Of a DNA stretch of 64,000 bases, positions 54,144 to 64,000 are shown in pieces (the first letter of the stretch is position 1; every line of letters starts with the position of its first letter). The stretch spans positions 4,404,001-4,468,000 of the forward strand of contig CM075992.1 of the NCBI GenBank assembly GCA_038087875.1, written 5' to 3'. Origin of the DNA: Malacoraja senta. Taxonomy: Eukaryota. Under the pieces are notes generated by a model. That model was not told the DNA's origin and searched no databases. It saw only the letters and a list, made by a program, of their open reading frames with translations. Position numbers and translations under genes: made by a program.

Positions 54144-55930
54144 TTCTTTCCAAGCACTAGCAAACTCCACACCACAAGATCAGCAACAATGCTATCTAAA
54201 TGCCCCTAGAACTCTGCAGCAATGGCCTAGAGTGGAACAGCATTTTAAACAAAACTAACAAAACAGTTTAACAAAACTACCAAATTTAGCATAGCTGAGA
54301 AAATCTATGAACAATTTGTTAACTCTGTCTACAATGCCTAACAATCTTCCTGTCATCATAGAAGTCCTGTCCATATTAATGATGGTTAATATGATCTAAT
54401 GGTCGTAGTTGTGAATGCTCTCACTCACCTCTTCCTGGACCTTAGATAGACACAAAATGCTAGGGTAACTCAGCGGGACAGGCAGCATCTCTGGAGAGAA
54501 GTAATGGGTGACGTTTCGGGTCGAGACCCTTCTTTGGACTATTGGAAGAAATTCCGAATTAACCCATCTTCCCAGACCTTTTTTTCTTAATAAACTCCTG
54601 ACTTCCATTCAGAACCCTTTCTGATCCCTGAGATTTCCTCTTGGAAAAGAGAAGTCAATTCAACTTTTAAATTTTGTTCTAATTTGGAAACACCTTCCCT
54701 TCATTCCTCCCTTTCCTGGAGGAACAAAAATTAACTGGGAGAAGCAACGATAGATCCATTTCACTCTGCATGGACCAGGAAAACACATGGACAGCCAGAG
54801 CAAATTGGCACACATTTGTTCAATTCTAAATTACAAACAGCGCATGGGAGAAAATGTAAAAACAGTGCCAGCTGAGAGAAAAGGCTGGACTGGCGAGGAC
54901 AAACTTCTTCAGTAAGGTGTGTTGGGATAAACTAATTCATGCCTTGTAATTAAAATTGGTTGGAATTCTGGTGACCAGAAACCTGATAGATTTTGTGAAA
55001 AACTATTTCAGTCACTAGAATCCTTCTGGGGGAGAAATGTGTCATCCTTGCCTGATCTGATATTTCTTAATCACAGATCCTCAGCTGTACATCTGACTAA
55101 ACTGAAAGGTCTACAACATTTTGAGATATAAATATATGCCATGCCACAATACACACATCCAGTAAATTAATTCAAAGGAAATTATGAACAGCTCCAGGGA
55201 AGAGCCATTAACTTGCAAAGTTTGATCGGGAGAGTCTGGTTGGTAGGTAAGATGGTAGCTGGCAAAAGGCTTTCAAAATTAAGATAGCGAGATGTTCAGA
55301 GGCAGCATGTTCTGTTAGGGTGAGAGGCGAGGTTGGCAAGTTTAGGAAACATTGGTTGATGAGAAATGTTGAGGCTCTGATCAAGAAAAAGGAGGCATAC
55401 ATCAGATTCAGATAGTTGGGATCAAGCAAATCCCACTGTGAGTATAAGTATAGTGGTATATTTAACAAGGGAATCAGGAGAATTAAAAGAAGATGTGAAA
55501 TCGATCTGACAATTAAAGTAAAGGAAATTCCGAAATGATTCTACCAGTATATTCAAAGTAAAAGCAAGGCTAGGGAAATAATTGGTCCCCATAAAGATCC
55601 CCATGGCCATCTTGGTATAGAGTCACAAGAGATATTATCAGACTTTATCTTGCACTAAATGTTGTACCCTTCATCCTTTATCTGTGCATTTTGGATGTCT
55701 TGCTTGTATTAATGTATAGTCTCTTTGACTGGATGCACCACAAACCAAACCTTTTCAATGTACCTCAGAGCACATGACAATAATAAACTAAACTAAAAAA
55801 ACTAAACTAAAATCAAAATATCCAAGCTAAGCTTTTCCTTTCATTAGAAACCATTCACTTTCTCCCTCATTTATAAAATCCTTTTATTCCAACAGGGATA
55901 TTCCCTTTTTGAAAATAATTCAATACTTAC

Positions 55931-56128
55931 TTCGACTTAAACTCAGCCTTCTTTTGTCAAGCTGTTCCAGATATTTGTGAACATTTTCACAACAGTGCAA
56001 GAAGGCATCAACGCATTCTTTTCCCTTTTGTATTACTCTGGATCTTCGACTGCAGTTGTAACCAATAAGGTTGTTCATCATTCCAGCATTGCAACAATTT
56101 TGTAGAGGCTTGGTATTGAACTTCTTCA
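55931..56128 (-). CDS. C3: C3 exon 17 (198 bp), anaphylatoxin C3a: (L)KKFNTKPLQNCCNAGMMNNLIGYNCSRRSRVIQKGKECVDAFLHCCENVHKYLEQLDKRRLSLSR(S)
   Basis: cag| acceptor, |gtaagt donor; CC-C-C-CC anaphylatoxin pattern; convertase site LxLxR|S. Confidence 0.97.
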
Positions 56129-58227
56129 CTGAAATAAAAAGCAAAGTCTTAAAAACTCATCCACACAGAAAAATATTTAGTTTATTTATGTAGCCAAGAA
56201 ACAAACCTCTTAGCCCACCGAGTCTATGCCAACCATCGATCATCTACACATGTTCTACGTTATCCCACTTTGTCATCCACTCCCGACACACTAGGGCAAT
56301 TTTACAGAGGCCAATTAAGGTACAAATGTACACATCTTTGGGATGTGGGAAGAAAATGGAGCACCTGGAAGAAACCCATGTGGTCACGGAGGACGTGCAA
56401 ACTCCACATAGACAACAGCCGAGGTCAGGATCGAACCCAGATCTCTGGCACTAAGAAGCTGCAACTGTGTCACCCAAAACTAAAAAGAAGGCTGAGTTTG
56501 TGAAATATGAGAGATGATCTGAGGTGCTGTTATTAGAGGAAAAATTAAGCTGAATTTGTGTTCTCTGGAGTTCAGAAGACTAACATTTCAGCTCATTAAC
56601 ACGTAATATGCTGGGTGTCTTGACTGCATGGATACTGTAAGGATCCTGCCTTGGTAGGGGAATCTGGATAAACATAGTACAATACAGCAGACGAACAGGC
56701 GCTTCATCCCACAATGTCTGTGCCGAACTCAATGCCAAGACCAAAACTTACATGTCCGCACAAAATCCATATCCTTAAACTTCGAGTTGCATCAATCTTA
56801 AGGGACACAGATTAAATGGTCAGTCATTTCATTTACTTTCTCGCTCTTGGAATTGTATATGCAAGAGTGCTGTCAATATTAAATTAATGAGCATAAGAAT
56901 ACGTGAGCTTGGGATTGATTAAAAAAATTGGACAAGGGACTGAAAGCTCTTTAGGACCGGATCTATTCAGATGTGTTCTTATCGAAAGATGCAATTGTTT
57001 AAAAGACCTTATGGCTAACCACATCATATCTAGTACATTCTTCCATGGCTTTGCAAGCAACAGACATTTTTCTTATCCAAGCTACACATTTTTCAGGATC
57101 TAAGCATTATTGCAAAGCCAGCATTCCTTGTCCATCCCTGAGAAAATGGTGGCAAAACACACTCTTGAAATGCTGCAGTTCATCCAATGATAGTGCTCCC
57201 TTTGAGTTGTTAGGCAGGGGGTTCCAGGATTTAGAACTAGTGATGAAGAAGGACCAGCAGAATATTCTAAATTATGATAATGTAAGATTTGGAGAGGAAC
57301 CAGCAGGTGGTGATGTTTCTATGGTTTTGGTGCCTCTGACCTTCTTGGTGGGTACAGACTATGGTTGAGGGGGTGGCACTGGAATAGCCGAGGTAAGTAA
57401 CTGAATTGTATTTTGTAGATGGAGGTGATGGAAGAACCTAATGTTTAGAATGGCCAAAAGTTGTTGAAGCTTCTCACGTCAAAGAAAGTGGAGAATTTTC
57501 CATCATGCTCCTGACTTGTGCCGTGTGATTTTTGAAAAAGCTTTGAGGTATCAGGGGGGCTGAGTCGCTCACAACTAGTCTCTGACCGGCTTATGTAACC
57601 TGGGCATTCATGTTACAACAAAACTTGGGTGACACCTTTGCAGAACATTTCTGTTCCATCCACCGCGCAACCTCCATTCAACTATCATTTTTATTCCCTA
57701 TCCCACTCTCAGTTTAACATTTCAATCTTCTGCCAAGTTCTCTATGAAAACTTCAATGTAAGTCAAGGATCCCATGTTGCATCTGGGCTCATTTGGGACC
57801 TAATAGTAAATTTATCTATTTCATGACTCGCTCACCATTTCGTCAAATGCTGGTTTTCAAACTAGGTACCATCTTTTCAACTTAGGTCTGCATCCTATCA
57901 CAGACATTCCCCCTGTTCTCTCCATCCTTCCCCACTATGCAACTTAAAACATTCCTCACTTATCTATTAATTGTCAAGAATAAGTTAATCTTCCTCCCTC
58001 CCTGGCACACAAGCAAAATTGTTCCGCTGTCAGTGCATGTGACTATAATAAACCAAATTAAGCTAAGCTATTTTTTGCCACTTTTGTGGTGCAGTTTTGC
58101 TTCCCACTTATCAGCCTGTTTGAACATATCCATGAGTGAACAAATAAACCTGGACCTTTACAGCAGCATTCAGTCTTTTGCATATTCAATCTCTCATCAA
58201 AGTATGAAATCAACAATAAATACATAC

Positions 58228-58299
58228 GTGTCTCGGCCTTGAATTCTGCCAGTCCTGTTGCACGACGCTTGCGTAGATTTGGCTGTTTACACATCAGCT
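58228..58299 (-). CDS. C3: C3 exon 16 (72 bp) (E)LMCKQPNLRKRRATGLAEFKAET, beta/alpha processing site
   Basis: tag| acceptor, |gtatgt donor; RKRR furin site; size equals human exon 16. Confidence 0.96.
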
Positions 58300-60484
58300 C
58301 TACAATAAATATTGGGGAAAGGTACATATATGAATGTTAATTTGTAACCCTGTTGTTTCACGAGTATCCAGTTGCATTTAAATTTACAACACATTAAATG
58401 TACATATTTTCCAAATGGTCTTTTGGAAATTACAGGCACCTTGTGTTTTATGTGGGCTTGAAAAGTAGCATGTAAATCAAACACATGCCAGGCACTTCAA
58501 ACGATTACACTGCCATGCGGTGCCTGGCATAAATTTGAGCACATTCTGAAAAAAGGAATGTATTAATTAAAATTTGGTAATTATTAAGCAAGCACTTTAT
58601 TGTATGTGTAAATAAAGCACACATAAAAGGCGAGATGCCTGGATGAGGTTTCACCATGGATGAGGCAACACCATGCAACCATTGCTAATATGTTTTTTCA
58701 TCCAACGAGCAAGAATCTTGAGAATGTGAAGCAATATTAAAATCACAAACTGAAGACTGAAACAGTCACATGCTGGAGGTAACTGTATGATCTATTTAAT
58801 AACTCATAGTACATGCTGAAATAGCAAGAAGTAGACACCATTTCAGTAGTACCTTCATTATGGTCAAGGCACTTTACAGCCAATAAACTACTCCTGAGGC
58901 AGAAAATGCAGCAGACATTTTGCGAACACTACATGTAGGTCTCCACAGACAGCAATTCATAACCTCCACGTTATGTTTTATGTTAGAATTATAAATATTG
59001 TCTGAGGAATGATGGACATTTCCCATGTTCTTCAAATGAATACAATGGGATGCATCACAGCCAGCTAGAACTGTTAAACAGTTTAACCTTCCCTTCAGGT
59101 ATTATTCCCTCGTAAAGTATTGATGCGATAGTAATGGTTGATGAAAGATAGATGAAGAATGAGAATCTTCTTCCTGGTGCCTTTCGAACATCTGATGTTT
59201 TGTTTAATTTAGAACTTAGTTTAGTGATACAGCATTCTCCCCACTGTCCACGCAGACCATCATCCACCCATTCACTCTGGTTCTCTGTTAAGACTTAGAA
59301 TCATACAGCTGAAAATGGGGTTTCATCCCAACTTGATCACGCTGACCAACATGCCCCATGTACACTAGTCCCACCTGCCTGTTCTTGGACCATAACCCTC
59401 TAAACCTATCCTATTTTTATGTACCTGTTCAAATGTCTCTTAAATGTTATGATAGTCCCTGCCTCAACTACCTCCACCGGCAGCTCATTCCATTTACCAA
59501 CCACCCTTTGTGTAAAAAAGATACCCCTGAGGTTCCTAGTAAATCTTTCCGCCCTCACTCAAAACCTATGTCTTCTGCTTATTGATTCCCCCACTCTGGG
59601 CAAAAGACATTGGGCATTTACCCGATCTTTTCCTGCATTTACGCAGGCTATTCTGTCACTTTCACATCGACTCCCTACACCGTATGGATAATTTACAGTC
59701 CAATCAACCTACAAACCCGCATGTTTTTGGGATGTGGAAGGAAACCAGACCACATGAAGGAAATCCACGTGGTCACTGGAAAACATGCTAACTCCACACA
59801 GACACGGGTCAGGATCAAACCCACATGTCTGGCACTGAGTTAGCAGCTCTGCCAACTGCGTCACTGTGTATTCAAAGTGTTTCCTCATACAACAATAATG
59901 AGAAGACTTCAGCTCACTTTCAAATCTAAATTCGGGTGACAATTCTTGCAAGCTTCAATATTCTTAGTAGCCTATAGTTTGGCAATTTATAGACATTGGA
60001 GGGATCGTGAGAATTGATGGAAAAGTAAAGCTGGCAATATCAATGTATCTGGGGATACAAGGATTATTATAAAACAAAGTGCTGCAGTAACTCAGCAGGT
60101 CAGGTAGCATCTCTAGAGGACATGGATAGATAACTTTTCAGGTCAAGAACCTTCTTCAGACTATCCTTACGCGTGTTGTCGTGAGATGCTGCCTGACCCG
60201 CTGACTCACTCCAACATTTTGTGTTTTATCCAATATTCCAGCATCTGCCTTTCCTTGTGTCTTTATTTTGAGATTACATTGCTGAGGGGCAGGTGAAGGG
60301 TTGGAAATAGGGCCTAAAATGGAACTGTGGGAGCTGCCATGGATAATAATTACAGGGCATTCCATTTAAGCATTACCTCCTTGATCTCCCACCAAGCGAC
60401 TGTCATAATTAAAAAATGATCAGAAACACCCCATTCAGTTTATTAAAAAATAATTTAAAACAGATTTCTTTCAGAAACCAGTAC

Positions 60485-60614
60485 CTGCTCTTGCTTCAGT
60501 CTTGAGGTTAGTGTTTGTTACAAAGGCTAATCCAGCGTCCGAGAACACACCAAAGACATCTCTGCCACTTCCAGGTGTGCAACCAATATCATTTTTCTCC
60601 ACCACACTCCAGAT
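60485..60614 (-). CDS. C3: C3 exon 15 (130 bp) [43 protein letters not shown]
   Basis: cag| acceptor, |gtactg donor; DIGCTPGSG motif. Confidence 0.97.
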
Positions 60615-61147
60615 CTGTATAGAACACATACACAGAATGCATGTTAACCAGGCTGAAAGTACTCTAAAGTCAGTTAGCAAGTTACTAGCGGTGGAGAAGA
60701 CCAGAGTCAAATACATATCCATCTGTTTGCATTTCGTTTTGAGAAGACTTTGGGCAATGCTCATGATAACAGCACATCATTGACCCAGCAAGTTGATAAT
60801 CTAACTTGGGCTGTTAAATTCAGCCAAGGATTCAAACCCTACCAAAAGCCTACAAACTCTAAAACCATTTAACTAAAATAACCTGAACGAAAAAGGTATC
60901 ATTGAGAAAAAAGATCATAAAAACAAATGGACTGCAACATTAAAGGCAGAAGTACCTAAGAAAGGTGCAGAAGTAGACCATCAGCCATTGAGCCTACTCT
61001 AACTTTCAGCAAGTTTATGGGTGGGGGTTTTCTGCAGCATTATTTTACTGTACAATCCCCATATTTGTGTCTAACCTTGATGAATATGCCACTGTTGTCA
61101 CAGACTTTATTAGCAAGTGTGCAGAAGACTGTGTAGAAAGACCAAAG

Positions 61148-61499
61148 TAATAATAATAATAATAATGGATTGGATTTATATAGCGCCTTTCTAATACCCA
61201 AGGCGCTTTACATCGCATTATTCATTCACTCCTCAGTCACACTCGGTGGTGGTGAGCTACTTCTGTAGCCACAGCTGCCCTGGGGCAGACTGACGGAAGC
61301 GTGGCTGCTAATCTGCGCCTACGGCCCCTCCGACCACCACCAATCACTCACACACATTCACACACATTCACACGCAGGCAAAGGTGGGTGAAGTGTCTTG
61401 CCCAAGGACACAACGACAGTATGCACTCCAAGCGGGATTCGAACCGGCTACCTTCCGGTTGCCAGCCGAACACTTAGCCCATTGCGCCATCTGTCGTCC
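61148..61499 (-). mobile_element. Full-length tRNA-derived CORE-SINE with L2-type tail (resembles teleost AFC family)
   Basis: Box A TGGCGCAATGGG (61478-61489), box B GGTTCGAATCC (61435-61445), CORE gtgtccttgggcaagacacttcaccc, tail tgtaaagcgcc..aaaggcgctatataaat(ATT)n. Confidence 0.85.
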
Positions 61500-62213
61500 T
61501 AAGTAGACAATTGGTATAGTGTCCAACATGAAACAATGGATGAACCATGAGGTCCACCCCCAGAGTATTTAAGTCAAATGATTCCAAGCGGTACAATAAA
61601 TGTATTTACGACTTTTGCAGAGCCATTAAGAATGCCAAGAGGGAATTCCAGACTAGGCTGCAGGCTCGAGGCAATGACACTGACACCCGTAGCTTGTGAC
61701 TAGGCTTGCACGTTGTAACGGGCTACAAATCGAGGGTGGGCAATATCGCTGGCAACAATGGTTCCCTTCCAGATAAGCTCAATGCATTCTGTGCCCGCTT
61801 TGAGCAGAAGGTCGTTGGTAGAGTGCCACCTGCCCGTCAGCCTCGGGTGCGCCTGTATCACTAGATAATGTGGCAGGCAGACTTCCTGAGAGTGAATAGC
61901 CAGAAAGAAACTGGCTAAGATGGAGTCCCTGGCCATGTCCTCAGAACCTGCGTCGATCAACTGGCACAAGTATTCACAGACATCTTAAACCTCTCTCTGC
62001 TTCTTTTGGAGGTGCCCACCTACTTAAAAAAGACCACTATCATCCTGATGCTGAAGAAAAGTAAGGTAATGGGCCTTAGTGACTACCATCTAATGCCTCA
62101 GTCATCCAGCATCATGAAGTGCTTCGAGAGACTGATGATGGTGCACATTAACCCCGCCTCCAGCCAGTAATGTCTAGATATTAACATTTGGAGAAAGATT
62201 GATGTTTTCTTAC

Positions 62214-62372
62214 CTTACTCTGGGTTATTTTATTTTTCTTACTCAGTGCAAATACTGCTTTATCCACAACAACAAGTCCAACCTTTGCTCCAGGATCACC
62301 TGTCAGTTTCAATGTAAACCCATCTCCGGGGTTGAATGTTTTCTTGTCGTCATTTACGATAGAAACCTCCAG
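62214..62372 (-). CDS. C3: C3 exon 14 (159 bp) [53 protein letters not shown]
   Basis: cag| acceptor, |gtaaga donor; GLVxVDKAVF motif; size equals human exon 14. Confidence 0.96.
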
Positions 62373-63114
62373 CTGGGAAGAAATGTGTTAGTTTTGAATA
62401 TTGTCACATAAATTTAGGTTAGTGCAGAAACAACAATTGTTGCTGACTAGCATCAAATGAGTCCCGGCATATTGAATTTACACCCCAGTAATTGTGAACA
62501 GACGGGAAATTGACAACATTGAATGAATGCTGATTTCAAAGCCATTCCGAAGCACGCGGCACTATTAGTTGCATGGACCTTTCCTTCCTGTTGTTGTCAG
62601 TTCAAAGGGTTCATGGCATCCACCACAAAGTTATTAGTTTTGCTCTGCAATCTACCCACATCTACTAGACCTCATTGAAGGCAAAGCAGGAAGCAAAAAG
62701 TGTTAATTCTTAATGAAATATTTATGTTTTGTAACTTTATATGAAATATTTCATTAGGAATTACACTGTTTCAAAACTTACAGTACACGACTGAAAAGCT
62801 GGTAAGTTGTACATAGGTATCTGAACAGTAAAGGGGAAGCCAAGAAGACACACTGTCCTTGTTAAACAACAATTTTCCAACCCAGCTAGTAGAAGGTAAT
62901 ATGCTCCATTCCTGTGAGAAAGACTGAGAAGTGAACTGACGCAAAGCCGTAGCTTCACACAAGCTCAGCTGCACTGGGATTTAGTCTGATTTGGATATTT
63001 TGTTAAAAATAATGGCTCATGCTACAAATGTTATTCTTATCTGATGTTTATACGACTCTGTTACCCTCCCTTTCCCAGACTCCACTTCAGAGAAAATAGA
63101 TATACAGCACTTAC

Positions 63115-63318
63115 TTTTCCCATGCATGTGTCCTCCACATCAATCCACACAGAATCAGCAACAAGATCCACCTGTCCTCCACTGACAACGTAGTAATAAA
63201 CTAACAATCTGAATGATGGAATTAAGTTTGTTTCGATTGGGAACTGTAAGGTCGTCACACGTTGATTTATTTTTCTCTGTTGTCTCCCAACTTTGACAAT
63301 CTTCCCTTTGCTAATCAC
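63115..63318 (-). CDS. C3: C3 exon 13 (204 bp) VISKGKIVKVGRQQRKINQRVTTLQFPIETNLIPSFRLLVYYYVVSGGQVDLVADSVWIDVEDTCMGK
   Basis: cag| acceptor, |gtaagt donor; IPSFRL and VADSVWxDV.DTC motifs. Confidence 0.97.
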
Positions 63319-64000
63319 CTGGCAAATACAAGCAAAACAGAAAAGTAGAAATTTACAGTACAAACGACTGAAGACATGGATTACACATTTTCTTCGGATG
63401 ATGGCACAGAAAGTACTATACTGCATTGGCCACTTGTCAGACTACAATATTTAATCACATTGATTCGAATTGAATTAAATTAAATTCTTGTTTTGCGACA
63501 GCCTCAGACAAACCACCTCTGGTGTATATGTGGAGCCAGAATCAAAATGTAATAACCAATAACCATAAATCTTCAAACAAGAATAAAGTCCACAGTCATA
63601 ATATTATCCTAGTATTCAATGCAGGTATTCATGAACAAAGTTGAATGAAAACCCATCTCTCCTACAGCAGGAATTTGAGAAAATGGACAACAGAGGAACC
63701 TTGTGTTTTGGAGAGCCCAAACATTTTGAACACTTTAAAAAAGATAACATTGAGAATTCATGTTGGCACTAGGTACTCCAGGAAGAATGTCAGGACTCTT
63801 GTCTTCCTGCTTCTCATGTCTCATTTTCATTATTTTATTTCCTTCATATATCCAAATAATCCTCCATCTCCATACCAAGGGATCCTTCAGTCAAATCAAC
63901 CCCTCAATCCCTCTCCCAACAACGGTTACAGGCTGAGCCAGATGTTACAATCTTGCCTCTTTTAAAAAGCTGCCCTTCAGGTTCCTATTATGTACTTCCT

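Larger units (their letters stand above)
42797..63318 (-). other. C3: Complement C3 gene block B (exons 13-20)
   Basis: Eight in-frame exons covering the end of the beta chain, the RKRR linker, C3a and the start of the alpha' chain. Confidence 0.95.

Noticed and set aside
61430..61495. tRNA gene
   Set aside because: A/B boxes belong to a SINE head; no complete cloverleaf or terminator is evident
62707..62760. Short AT-rich inverted repeat (taatgaaatattt / aaatatttcatta)
   Set aside because: Too short and AT-rich to separate from chance; no TSD or second copy seen

Overview
Eukaryotic (vertebrate) genomic DNA, most likely from a cartilaginous fish such as a skate or ray; this is inferred from the HE1-like V-SINE, CR1 and Penelope repeat content and from the C3 sequence. 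The only host gene is complement C3 on the minus strand. It lies in two blocks separated by a 200-N scaffold gap (29542-29741). Exons 13-20 (63318->42797) include the RKRR beta/alpha junction, a 77-aa C3a and a GC-AG intron, and they lie UPSTREAM of exons 2-11 (25135->4402), whose exon 2 carries two 1-bp frameshifts. This means either two tandem C3 paralogs or a scaffolding error. Exons 1, 12 and 21-41 were not found. The introns are packed with transposons: (1) an intact-looking DIRS 3' half (methyltransferase-like domain, tyrosine recombinase, perfect 80-bp ICR/terminal inverted repeat) plus a separate DIRS 5' fragment; (2) Penelope-like elements and many solo or inverted pLTRs carrying a minimal hammerhead-ribozyme motif; (3) a head-to-tail array of different non-autonomous Helitrons; (4) a tandemly duplicated LINE embedded in (GA)n; (5) Tx1, RTE, Rex1, CR1, Vingi and L2 fragments; (6) a hAT MITE-like element; (7) a teleost AFC-like CORE-SINE. 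Exon coordinates were read base by base; repeat boundaries are approximate. Exon numbering and sizes are compared with human C3 from memory, not from a database search.
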